Assembly: GCA_050250895.1 (NCBI GenBank)
Contig: JBFWNU010000001.1
Span: 1,416,008-1,480,007 of the forward strand
Source: Vulcanimicrobiota bacterium
Lineage (GTDB): Bacteria > Vulcanimicrobiota > Xenobia > Xenobiales > JADMJV01
Direction of reading: 5' to 3'
DNA length: 64,000 nucleotides
Part shown: in pieces, positions 19,464-28,456 of the stretch
Position numbering within the stretch: position 1 is the first letter of the stretch
How the letters are laid out: each line of letters begins with the position of its first letter
Program-made: the position numbers and the translations under genes
The notes under the pieces: generated by a model
Databases searched by the model: none
What the model saw: only the letters and a program-made list of their open reading frames with translations
Told to the model about the DNA's origin: nothing

Positions 19464-20335
19464 TGTTCTATTCGGTTCGCGATATCACCATTCTCGAATA
19501 CGACGAGCCCGTCCGCGAGCACGTGGTCGAAGTGCGCAAAAAGCCGCGGGACGACGAGCGCCAGCGCTGCCTGCACTACGACCTCGAGCTGAGCCACGAT
19601 GCCCGGCTTTATCACTATACCGACTATCTGGGCAACGTGGTGGATCACTTCGATGTGCCCCAGGCCCTCAAAGAGTTAACCATCGAGGCTCACTCCATGG
19701 TCGAGTTGCTGCAGTTGCCCTATGTGTTGCTCGAGTCCGAGTGGGACGAGGTCGATTCGATGCTGGAAGCCTTTGGAGGCCACGAGATGCTGCTGACCAG
19801 TCCGGCTATCCCCGACACGCCTGAGTTGCGCGAGTTCGAGGCCAGCCTGAGGCTGGGCTCGTCCGAGGGACCTCTGGAATACGTCTTGCGCCTTTCCAAG
19901 GCTATTTACGAACGCTTCGAAGTGGGCGACAACGGCGATTTGAGCGCCGCCCTCAAGAACGGGCGCACCTGCTCGAGGACTTTCGCCCATACCTTGATCG
20001 GTCTATCTCGTCGGGCCGGGCTACCGGGTCGAGTGTGCCGAGGCTATCTTTTCCCCGACCCCGAACTCTTTCGGGTGCCCGCGGCCTCTCCTCATTTTTG
20101 GCCCGAGGTGTGCCTGCCGCGCCTGGGTTGGGTGGGCTTTGATCCGGCCAACGGGGTGATGGCCGAAGAGAAGCACATCTGCGTCTCGCTGGGCCGCGAC
20201 GCCGAAGATGTCGAGCATTTTCGCTGTGTGCACCAGGGGCAGGCTAAGTGCGTGACCCGCTGGGCCATCGACGTGCATCGGGCCGAAGAGCGGGGCCCGA
20301 CCTCAATCGAGGGCTTGCTTCAAACCGCGGAGTAG
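19463..20335 (+). CDS. Transglutaminase-like protein with degenerate active site
   Basis: DYLGN N-terminal domain, GWVGFDPAN, GRD; TCSRTFAH in place of GVCQDFAH. Confidence 0.85.
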   Translation: MFYSVRDITILEYDEPVREHVVEVRKKPRDDERQRCLHYDLELSHDARLYHYTDYLGNVVDHFDVPQALKELTIEAHSMVELLQLPYVLLESEWDEVDSMLEAFGGHEMLLTSPAIPDTPELREFEASLRLGSSEGPLEYVLRLSKAIYERFEVGDNGDLSAALKNGRTCSRTFAHTLIGLSRRAGLPGRVCRGYLFPDPELFRVPAASPHFWPEVCLPRLGWVGFDPANGVMAEEKHICVSLGRDAEDVEHFRCVHQGQAKCVTRWAIDVHRAEERGPTSIEGLLQTAE

Positions 20336-21199
20336 TCTTTCAAAGTTCTGTTCGCGGGCCTCGCCGGTGCGCAGTTTGGTCTCGGCTTCGAGGTGGATGA
20401 ACTCGCTCCGGGGCACCAGATGGGCCGCCTCCATCTGGTCGCGTTGCACGTTGGTGACCGCGCTCAGACGGCTGTTGCCCGGCGAGTCGAAAGTTACGAT
20501 GCTGGTGTCGAATCCCTGGTCGACCAGACTCTGGTGCAGGGCCTTGAGGCGGGGTGGGTCGCGGTCGTCGTCGGCGCCGTCGCTGAGCACCACTTGCCGG
20601 CTCAGGGGAAAGTCGGGTGCCTCCTGGTGGCCTTTCCAGGCCGAAAACCCGTGCAGTTGCAGCACGTTTTGACCGGGCTCGGTCAACCCCTCGTGAAAGG
20701 CCTGAAAGGCGGTCTGGCGGGTGTGGGTCATGTCGCTGATGGGGCGACCTGCGACATCGGGCGAAGGGTCGTGCCGGTTGTTGCGATGCGCTCCGGCCAG
20801 GATATAGGCCTGAGCGTCGAGTTCTTGAAAGGCGCGCAATCCGAGCTCAGGGGTGGATTTGTCGGCCACCGGGTGGGGCACTTCCACAATCCAGTGGCTG
20901 GCCGGGCGTTGTCTGAGCAAGACTTTGCCCCAGCCACGCTCGGGGCCGGCCTCTTCGAGCAACCAGAATTTCTCGCCCTCGAGTTCGATCTGGTCGACTC
21001 GATAACCGACCTGCCCGGCCGTCTGGCGAGCTTCTTCCAGATGCCCACCACGGGTTAACTCGACCGCATCCCGCAACTGGCGGCACTGCTCGGCCGTGGG
21101 GGATACGTAGTTTTCGTGGTCGCGATCGAACTGTTGCTTGATCGCGGCCTCCCAGCGGTCACCGAGGCCCTGGAAGCGTCCAGACGGATGGATGAGCAT
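20303..21199 (-). CDS. Hypothetical metallo-amidohydrolase-like protein
   Basis: EVPHPVAD, QLHGF, FIHLE resemble Zn-carboxypeptidase/N-formylglutamate amidohydrolase-type ligands; no signal peptide. Confidence 0.55.
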   Translation of the reverse strand: MLIHPSGRFQGLGDRWEAAIKQQFDRDHENYVSPTAEQCRQLRDAVELTRGGHLEEARQTAGQVGYRVDQIELEGEKFWLLEEAGPERGWGKVLLRQRPASHWIVEVPHPVADKSTPELGLRAFQELDAQAYILAGAHRNNRHDPSPDVAGRPISDMTHTRQTAFQAFHEGLTEPGQNVLQLHGFSAWKGHQEAPDFPLSRQVVLSDGADDDRDPPRLKALHQSLVDQGFDTSIVTFDSPGNSRLSAVTNVQRDQMEAAHLVPRSEFIHLEAETKLRTGEAREQNFERLLRGLKQALD

Positions 21200-21255
21200 A
21201 GCCTCAGCCTAGCCGGGCAGGGTGAAAAGAAGTTGAAATGGGTAAGACTGGGTGG

Positions 21256-22365
21256 ATGCGCTATTGGTGGTTGGTCGTGATCATCTTGTGTGGCTGCGGA
21301 CCCGCACGAGAACAGAAGCTGTCTGAGTTCGGCCAGCAGTTTGCCCATGCGATCAATCAGAACCAGCCCGAAAAAGCTGTTGCCGAGCTCGATTTCGAGC
21401 GCTACTTCGCGCGGGTGACTAAAGACTCCAGGCTGAGCGAACCAGAGCTCGCCGCTCTCAAAAAGCGCTATGGCCAGGCCTGGCGTCGCGGAGGCGGTAT
21501 TCTCGAGAGCACCCGCGGCGAAGTGTGGCGACTGGTCAAGGTCGAGTTGCCCAACCAGTTGCTCTTTCGCGTGCAGCGGGTCGACGGTACCCTCGATTAT
21601 CGGCGGGCGCTGGTCAGCGATACTGATGAGGGCCCGCGTATTGTGGACCTCTATGTCTTTCGTTCGGGCGCCTGGCAGGCCGAGACGGCCAGCCAGTTGC
21701 TCGGTGTGCTCGGTTCTGACGATTCGTTCGAGCAGCGCCGCCTACGCGAGATTCTCGAGCAGTTCTATCGCCTGTTGCAAGAAGGACGTTATGCGGACGT
21801 AGTGGCTGCCTACAACGAGTTGCCGGCCGAACTGCGAGAGCAAAAGCCGGTGCTTATCGCTTACGTGACCTCTGCTTCGACCTTGGAGCCCGAGGTTCAC
21901 CAGAAGGCGGTCGAGCGTTTCGCCAGCCTCTTTCCCGAGGATCCGGCCGTGGCGCTGCTGGCTTACGACGAGGCGCTGGCCCGAGGCCGTGGGGAAGAGG
22001 CCCTGGCCGCGGTAGAAGCGTTACGCAAACAAGTTGGCTTCGATGATGCTTATCTCGACTACCTGCGAGCCGAGTGTGCCGCTCTGCGCGAGCAGCCTGA
22101 CGTAGTTCGCACCTGTCTCGAGAAATGCGTCGCCGCCGAACCCGACACCGAGTTTTTTCATTGGGCCTTGTTAGAACGGTTGGAGCGCGAAGGCAAATTT
22201 ACCGAAGTCAGTAAGCGGCTGGCGGCCCTGGAAACTCTCTACCCCGACCACGCTGCCCTGGTCGAGGCCATGGAAATGATGCATCGCCTCGAGGATTTTC
22301 GGGCTTCAGAAGCGGGCGTGAAATGGTTGTCCGTACAAAAAAAGAGCCCCGGAGAACCGGGGTGA
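21256..22365 (+). CDS. Lipoprotein with TPR-like helical C-terminus
   Basis: MRYWWLVVIILCG|C lipobox; helical repeats. Confidence 0.75.
   Translation: MRYWWLVVIILCGCGPAREQKLSEFGQQFAHAINQNQPEKAVAELDFERYFARVTKDSRLSEPELAALKKRYGQAWRRGGGILESTRGEVWRLVKVELPNQLLFRVQRVDGTLDYRRALVSDTDEGPRIVDLYVFRSGAWQAETASQLLGVLGSDDSFEQRRLREILEQFYRLLQEGRYADVVAAYNELPAELREQKPVLIAYVTSASTLEPEVHQKAVERFASLFPEDPAVALLAYDEALARGRGEEALAAVEALRKQVGFDDAYLDYLRAECAALREQPDVVRTCLEKCVAAEPDTEFFHWALLERLEREGKFTEVSKRLAALETLYPDHAALVEAMEMMHRLEDFRASEAGVKWLSVQKKSPGEPG
22337..22362 (-). terminator. Intrinsic terminator
   Basis: CCCCGG-TTCT-CCGGGG-CTC-TTTTTTT on the minus strand. Confidence 0.8.
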
Positions 22366-22389
22366 TGTCCAACCAATGCTCATCTCAAC
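22337..22389 (-). ncRNA. Candidate ~53-nt small RNA
   Basis: Minus-strand -10 TATTAT (22401-22396) and intrinsic terminator about 30 nt downstream, with no complete ORF between them. Confidence 0.6.
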
Positions 22390-22395
22390 AACCAC

Positions 22396-22497
22396 ATAAT
22401 ACTATGCTCAGCCTCGTCATTTGTTACAAATTTGTTAACTTTTTTAACATGACATGAACTGTATTGCCTGGATGTTGCCGTAGCTTTTTGCTAGACT
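22396..22497. promoter_or_regulatory. Divergent phased-repeat promoters
   Basis: Minus: GTTAAC(22439), TGTAAC(22428), -10 TATTAT(22401). Plus: TTTAAC(22443), ATGAAC(22454), -10 TAGACT(22492), 6 nt, ATG 22504. Confidence 0.6.
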
Positions 22498-22503
22498 TTA
22501 GTG

Positions 22504-22977
22504 ATGAAGCGCATCTGGGAACTGTTGGGGCTGGTGATCTTATGTTCTGCGGTCGCTTTCTGGATGACCCGCACCCCGGCGGCGCCACCTTCCCCACCGC
22601 CCGAGCAACCAGAGCGGCTGTCGTTTAATGGTATCTTTCTGGGACAGGCCCGGACCGAACTCGAGCAGCGGTTGGGCCCCCCCAACTATCACCTCCAGCC
22701 CTGGTTGCTGCAGTGGGAAAAGGAGCGCGGTAACTTCACTCGGGTCGCCTTCGACGAGCAAGACCGGGTGAAAGGGGTGGAAGGAGTGGGCCAGCTCTTG
22801 CGCGGTCCTCGAGTGCTCACCGCCTTCGGCCGGCCCCGGGCAGAAATGCTGGCCAATCTCGGTGAGCCCATCCATGCCGAAGGCGATGTCTATCGCTACA
22901 ATGGCATCACCATTTCTTGCTCTGAGCTGGTGGGAATGATCACCTTGGGGGATGTTTCCCCACCCTCCGATGGCTAG
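22504..22977 (+). CDS. Membrane-anchored hypothetical protein with two SmpA/BamE-like repeats
   Basis: N-terminal TM, Pro linker, GQARTELEQRLGPP and GRPRAEMLANLGEP. Confidence 0.65.
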   Translation: MKRIWELLGLVILCSAVAFWMTRTPAAPPSPPPEQPERLSFNGIFLGQARTELEQRLGPPNYHLQPWLLQWEKERGNFTRVAFDEQDRVKGVEGVGQLLRGPRVLTAFGRPRAEMLANLGEPIHAEGDVYRYNGITISCSELVGMITLGDVSPPSDG

Positions 22978-23174
22978 ACCGAATCTGTTGGAGCAGACGC
23001 TCGTCGAAGTGGAGGCCCCGGCTGGCCAGCCGTCCCCGGTGGCCCTCGTGGGTGAGCACCTCGTGTAGTCATCGAGCTGATGGAACGAGTCCATGGGAAT
23101 GGATTCGGCCCTGGACCCGACCAGCCTTCGCTACCGCAGGTATGGTCGGGCCGCAACGGTGGAATAATCCGGCC

Positions 23175-23960
23175 ATGAGAAGATTGCTTGTCTGCCTGGT
23201 GGTGTCGGTTTGGGCCACCGCTATCGCCCAGCAGAGCTACATCCCCGGGGTCTACACCAATCCGGTCTTTCGCAATATCTATGACCGCCAGTTCATGACC
23301 AACATCGCCGTCAACGGCGCCATGCGCTCGCAGATGCTTCGCGACGCCACGAGTGGGAAGGGGAAGGCCGTCAGGCCGGCCAACGACCCTCTGGTTTTCA
23401 AAGCCACCGGGGTACCCGTCATCTCGGACCAAGAATTAGCCACCCTTGGCACCAAAGAAGAGGTCGAGGCTTTCGAAAGGATGGCTAACGGGCTGTTGTC
23501 GGCCTATATTCAAGAGTCGCGTGCCAACTCGCTTATTCCCAATGACGTGGGGGTGGCCTTCACCTACTTCGCCGTCAAGAACTATATGGTCTATAAGAAC
23601 GCCCTGGTGGACTACAAAGGCTATCAGAACCGCGGTATTCTCATCACCAACCAGATTCCCAACTATGTCGATTCGACCCAGGAGCAGAAGGTCTATCAGC
23701 AGTTCAGAACGGTGCTGTTGGCTGACCCGTCGCTGGTCAAGCAGAGCGATGCCGACAAAGAGAGACTCACCGGCGTGCTGGCCTTGATGGGTGGGCTGAC
23801 CTGGAAGCTCTATGACGAAGCCATCACGACCGGCGACGAGGCGGGGATAGAGCGGGCTCGCGCCATGGCTCGCCAGAACCTCGAGAACTTCTTCAAGACT
23901 CCGGCCGACCAGGTGAGCATCGGCTCCCGCGGACTGGCGGTGGGTCCAGCCGGCCGATAG
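23175..23960 (+). CDS. Secreted helical hypothetical protein
   Basis: Signal peptide MRRLLVCLVVSVWATAIA. Confidence 0.7.
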   Translation: MRRLLVCLVVSVWATAIAQQSYIPGVYTNPVFRNIYDRQFMTNIAVNGAMRSQMLRDATSGKGKAVRPANDPLVFKATGVPVISDQELATLGTKEEVEAFERMANGLLSAYIQESRANSLIPNDVGVAFTYFAVKNYMVYKNALVDYKGYQNRGILITNQIPNYVDSTQEQKVYQQFRTVLLADPSLVKQSDADKERLTGVLALMGGLTWKLYDEAITTGDEAGIERARAMARQNLENFFKTPADQVSIGSRGLAVGPAGR

Positions 23961-23992
23961 GAGCCCGGCCGGGCCGGCCAGAAAGCCCTGAA

Positions 23993-24832
23993 ATGCCACC
24001 ATTTCAGGGTTCTGCTGGGCGAAGTTGGGAAGAGGTGGCGGGCGCCTGGGAGGCCGCTTGGGCTCGCCGCACGCGTCGGGACTACCCCGTGGGCGTGCTC
24101 TGTCGCGAAGATTGGCTTCCCGAGGGAGGGCTCGACCCCATCCTCGAAATCGCCGAGTGCCTGCTCGAGACCGGCTCGCGGCCCGTGCTGGTCAGTTCCT
24201 CTCGCCGGCCCGCCTGCCGGGCCCTGGTGGTGCCGGGCGGCGCCGATGTCGATCCGAGCTTCTATGGTCAGAAGCCGGGGCCGGGGATGGAGGGTCGAGA
24301 ACTCATCCCCGAGTTCGACCGCTTCTGTCTGGGCACTATCCGCCTGGCTCTTTACAGCGCGATGCCAATGCTGGCCATCTGCCGCGGCATGCAGTTGCTC
24401 AACGTGGCCCTGGGGGGCAGCCTGATTCAACACCTGAGCGAGGCGCGAGGGCACCAGCCCGACTGGGTGGCGGCCGATTGGCGCCTCTGGGTGCGACCCG
24501 CCCATTCACTTTTTGTCGAGCGCGATTCGCTGATGTTCGACTTGTTCGGGGTGGGCCGCCTCGAGGTCAATTCTTGTCATCATCAGGGGCTTGACCGCCT
24601 GGCCAACCGTCTGCGGGTGACCGGACGTTCAGGCGATGGTCTGGTCGAGGCGGTGGAGGTGCGAGGGGCGCGGCGGCAATACGGAGTGCAGTATCACCCC
24701 GAGGCACTCCGCCACACCGACCCTCGTCAGCTGGCTTTGTTCGCGGCCCTGAGAGCCTGCGGCATGGACACCATCACCAGCAGCAGACAGACGATGGCCG
24801 CGCCTCCTTTAGCGGCCAGCTCTCTGGCATAG
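23993..24832 (+). CDS. Gamma-glutamyl hydrolase-like class I glutamine amidotransferase (peptidase C26)
   Basis: PGGADVDP, AICRGMQLLNVALGG, VNSCHHQ, GVQYHPE. Confidence 0.9.
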   Translation: MPPFQGSAGRSWEEVAGAWEAAWARRTRRDYPVGVLCREDWLPEGGLDPILEIAECLLETGSRPVLVSSSRRPACRALVVPGGADVDPSFYGQKPGPGMEGRELIPEFDRFCLGTIRLALYSAMPMLAICRGMQLLNVALGGSLIQHLSEARGHQPDWVAADWRLWVRPAHSLFVERDSLMFDLFGVGRLEVNSCHHQGLDRLANRLRVTGRSGDGLVEAVEVRGARRQYGVQYHPEALRHTDPRQLALFAALRACGMDTITSSRQTMAAPPLAASSLA

Positions 24833-25143
24833 GGCCGGTGCCCCTGCAGGGTGGAATACTGAGGTTCGTCGGGCAGAAAGACCACGGTCACGGTTTGGCC
24901 GGGCCGGTAGGCCGAGTACTGATGGGCAGGCGGGTGGATGGTGCCTCGCCAGCGCTTACCGGCGACCTCATAGTCAAAGACCAGCTGACTGACAGAACCC
25001 GTGGTCTGATTGGACACGATCTCGCCGGTAGTGAGAGACTCTTCGCCAACCAGACCGAGATCCAGGGACCAGACCTGAAAGGTCAGAACCCCCAGCCCGA
25101 GCGTCAGGACCAACGAGACCACCAGGAAAATTCGCCAGCCCAC
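24727..25143 (-). CDS. DUF3592-like membrane protein
   Basis: TM, YEVAG..GQTVTVVFLPDEP, TM. Confidence 0.7.
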   Translation of the reverse strand: MGWRIFLVVSLVLTLGLGVLTFQVWSLDLGLVGEESLTTGEIVSNQTTGSVSQLVFDYEVAGKRWRGTIHPPAHQYSAYRPGQTVTVVFLPDEPQYSTLQGHRPYARELAAKGGAAIVCLLLVMVSMPQALRAANKAS

Positions 25144-25144
25144 G

Positions 25145-25993
25145 CTAGACCTCCAGCACGTCGACCCCGACGGTCACTTTCTGCTCGCCTCCTCCCAAGA
25201 CCACGCCGCGCACCGGACAGACATCGTGATAGTCGCGGCCCCAAGCCAGGGTTACGTGGTCGGTAGCCACCAGCATGTTGTTGGTAGGGTCGAGATCGAC
25301 CCAGCCCCAGCCCGGGACCATCAAGGCCACCCAGGCGTGAGAGGCGTCGGCCCCTTCCAGGCGTGGTTTGCCTGGCGGCGGCTTGGTTCGGATGTAACCG
25401 CTCACGTAGCGGGCCGAGAGCCCCAGCGAGCGTAAGGCCGCAATCATCAGGTGGGCAAAATCCTGGCACACGCCTTTGCGTTTTTCAAAAACCTCGTCGA
25501 CGGGCGTGGACACGTTGGTGGCAGCCGGATCGAAAGTGAACTCCTTGAAGATGCGGCCATTGAGATCGACCGCGGCGGCCAGCAGGGGGCGACCGGCCGG
25601 GAACGACTCGAGAGCGTAGTGTCGCAAGGCGGTCGAGCGCGGGCAAAGGCCGGATGGAAACGAAAAGGCGAGGTCCTCGACCGGCATATCGGCGGGCGCG
25701 TCCCAGGCCGGGGTCGACTCCGGCTCGGGATATTTTGGCGGCTTGAGCAGGACCGAAAAGCGGGTGACCACTTCGAGGCGCAGATGAGGCTCCTGGATGG
25801 CGAAGAAAGTGGCCTGATTGCCGAAGTAGTCGTGGTGGCGGGTGAGCACGGCCGGCTCGGGGGTGATCGACAACTCGCCCCCGATGCATTCCTGGCCTGG
25901 GAGCACCCGGGGAGCGAAGTAGCCATGGCTGTGGCTGAGAAAGACCCGGGTTTGATAGTCGTAGATGGTCCTATGAGAGACGGTGTATTTCAT
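25145..25993 (-). CDS. Transglutaminase-like protein, intact Cys-His-Asp triad
   Basis: GVCQDFAH, ARYVSGY, ASHAW, DPTN, GRDY. Confidence 0.95.
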   Translation of the reverse strand: MKYTVSHRTIYDYQTRVFLSHSHGYFAPRVLPGQECIGGELSITPEPAVLTRHHDYFGNQATFFAIQEPHLRLEVVTRFSVLLKPPKYPEPESTPAWDAPADMPVEDLAFSFPSGLCPRSTALRHYALESFPAGRPLLAAAVDLNGRIFKEFTFDPAATNVSTPVDEVFEKRKGVCQDFAHLMIAALRSLGLSARYVSGYIRTKPPPGKPRLEGADASHAWVALMVPGWGWVDLDPTNNMLVATDHVTLAWGRDYHDVCPVRGVVLGGGEQKVTVGVDVLEV

Positions 25994-28389
25994 TGCCGGC
26001 TGGCGTCCAGGTGAGTCAGATAGCCGCGATTGATAGCCTCGGACATCTGCAGCAAGCGGGCGCTCAGCCCGCTGGTCAGCTCCAGCAGGTGGCTGCGACG
26101 ATTGGATTGACCGATCGGTTGGCAGAGGTGGACCACATCGGCCAGCCGGATGTCGGTCAGGCAGCCGAGCAGCAACTTGGCCTCGGGGTTGGCCCAGGTC
26201 CGCTCGTGATCGTTGGGAAGCTGCGCCAGCAAGTTCTCGAGTTCAGCCAGTTGGAAAGCCACCGAACGCGGGTTGGTCTCGTCGGCCAGAACCAGATCCA
26301 GGGCCGCCTGGGTGCTCAGCCCCCCAGGGTAGCGCTGACGGTAAGCGCGCATGCTGTCGAGCATCTCGAGCAGAGCTTCGAGCAACCGTTCCTCCGAAGA
26401 GTGACGCACTCCCAGTGTGCGCGACAACAAAGACGAGATGCGGACGGCTCGCTCGAGGCGTTTACCGATACGCAAGAAGCGCCAGTCGTGGCTGCGGGTC
26501 ATGGTCTCGTTGCTCATGCCCCAGAACGAGGCCAGTCCGCTCAATAGCAACTCTAGAAATTGCTGCGATTCGAACTCGGTGGCGTCGCGGGGGGTAGCCA
26601 GGGCGTGCAGCACTCTCCAGCTGTCTTTGGAAAGACGATCGCGCACCAGGCCGGCCAGCCGCTCGATGTTGTTGAGGGTGCTCAACAGCTCGGAGAGATG
26701 GTCCGAACCTCCGGCCAGCACCTCGATTTCGTGGGCCTCGGCGTTCTCTAGCCGGCGCAGTAAGCAGACGCGTCGCAAGCGGGCCAGATTCTCGGCCCGT
26801 TCGGTGTAGCGGCCCAGCCAGAAGAGGTTGTCGGCGACCCGACTCGGTAGGCCCAGATTCTTGCGTGACAGGCGCACCACGCTCCGCTGGGGCGAGAACT
26901 CCATTGAATCGAAGTGGGCGGGGTTGGGCCGGTCGGGGCCCAGCACCCAGGTGTCTTTGGAGCGGCCCCCGCGGGCGGCCGAGACTTCGAAGCTGTCGAG
27001 GCTGGGCGATACCCGCGACAGGCCGCCTGGCAGCACGAAGTGCTGATCGCCCACCGAGACCGAAAAGACTCGTAAGACCAGGTGGCGCGGAACCAACCTG
27101 CCATCGCTCCAAACCGGTGTTGTAGAAAGAGGCAGTAGCTCCTGGGCGACATAGTTGGAGGGGTTGTCCCGGATGCGGGTGGCCAGGTCGTCGAGGTCGC
27201 ACTGGCTGGCGAACACGGGTTGGCCCCGGTTGCCCGAAAAGGTTGGTCGCAGCAGCATTCGCTCGAGGTTGGCCAGTACATGCGCGCAGCCGTCAGGCTC
27301 GCCGCACCACCAGCTCTTCACGTCGGGCAACTCCATACTCTCGCCCAGGAAGAAGTGGCAGAGATCCTCAAGGTAAGGCGATAGGGCCGGAGTGCTGGCC
27401 CAACTCGAGCCCAGAGCGTTGGCCACCACCACGTTGCCGTGGCGAACGGCCTGGACCAGACCGGGTAGGCCCGCCAGGCCCGGGGTGGGTAATTCGAGCG
27501 GGTCGCACTCGGCGTCGGCCAGCCAGCGAAAGAGCACGTGGACCGGCTGTAAACCGTCGAGCAGTTTGACGTAGACGCGGTTGTCGCGCACCGTCATGTC
27601 GGCGGACTCCACCAGCGGGCAGCCCAGAAACTGGGCCAGGTAGGCCTGTTCGAAAAAGGTCTCGTCGCTGCGGCCGGGCGTCCACAGGACCACCCGCGGT
27701 TCGTCCTGGTTGGCCGAGAAGCTGTTGAGGCCTCGTCGCATGGCCTCGAAAAAGGGAGTCAGCCGACGCACCCGGGCGGTCTTGAAGAATTCGGGCAGCA
27801 TGCGTGCGATGAGCAGCCGGTTCTCGAGGGCATAGCCACAACCCCAGGGAGCGTGCGGGTTGTGATGGAGTACGTGCCAACGGCCATCGGGTCCCCGGCC
27901 CAGGTCCAGGCTGAGCACGAAAGGGCGGCTTGAGTTGGGCACGCGCAGCTCGACGCAGGGGCGCAGAAAGTCGGGGCTGGCGAAAAGCAGCTCGGGGGGA
28001 ACCCAGCGCTGGGCCAGCAGGATGCGGTCCTGGTAGAGGTCTTCCAGGATGCAGCGCAACAGCCGGCTACGCTGAATCAGCCCGCTCTCGATGATGTCCC
28101 ACTCGTCTTCTTCGAGCACCAGCGGCAAGGGGTCGAGTTCCCACGGCCGGTCCAGGCCCGAAGGGTCTCCGTGCAGATTGAAAGTGACCCCGTTTTCGCT
28201 CAGCAACTGGCGAACGCGGGTCCAACGTTGCCCCATTTTCAGAGGGCCAAGGCGATCCAGCGTTTCCACCAGCGAACGCCATTGCGGTCGCAACTGACGG
28301 TCGGGGGTGAGCATCTCGTCCCAGCAGTCCTTAGGCGGGGCGTAATCCTCTTTGAGGCTGGTGGTCATCACGCCATCTTCGGAGTTCAC
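25990..28389 (-). CDS. Circularly permuted ATP-grasp plus alpha-E fusion protein
   Basis: RPWELDPLP, GYALENR, CDPLEL, PGGLSRV, SKDTWV, LPSRVADNLFWLGRYTERAE, NPRS. Confidence 0.93.
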   Translation of the reverse strand: MNSEDGVMTTSLKEDYAPPKDCWDEMLTPDRQLRPQWRSLVETLDRLGPLKMGQRWTRVRQLLSENGVTFNLHGDPSGLDRPWELDPLPLVLEEDEWDIIESGLIQRSRLLRCILEDLYQDRILLAQRWVPPELLFASPDFLRPCVELRVPNSSRPFVLSLDLGRGPDGRWHVLHHNPHAPWGCGYALENRLLIARMLPEFFKTARVRRLTPFFEAMRRGLNSFSANQDEPRVVLWTPGRSDETFFEQAYLAQFLGCPLVESADMTVRDNRVYVKLLDGLQPVHVLFRWLADAECDPLELPTPGLAGLPGLVQAVRHGNVVVANALGSSWASTPALSPYLEDLCHFFLGESMELPDVKSWWCGEPDGCAHVLANLERMLLRPTFSGNRGQPVFASQCDLDDLATRIRDNPSNYVAQELLPLSTTPVWSDGRLVPRHLVLRVFSVSVGDQHFVLPGGLSRVSPSLDSFEVSAARGGRSKDTWVLGPDRPNPAHFDSMEFSPQRSVVRLSRKNLGLPSRVADNLFWLGRYTERAENLARLRRVCLLRRLENAEAHEIEVLAGGSDHLSELLSTLNNIERLAGLVRDRLSKDSWRVLHALATPRDATEFESQQFLELLLSGLASFWGMSNETMTRSHDWRFLRIGKRLERAVRISSLLSRTLGVRHSSEERLLEALLEMLDSMRAYRQRYPGGLSTQAALDLVLADETNPRSVAFQLAELENLLAQLPNDHERTWANPEAKLLLGCLTDIRLADVVHLCQPIGQSNRRSHLLELTSGLSARLLQMSEAINRGYLTHLDASRQ

Positions 28390-28456
28390 CGAAGCTCAGT
28401 CTTCCCCTTCGAAAGGAAGACAGCCGGCGGAACGGAAGACAAGCTGGGGAGGACGC

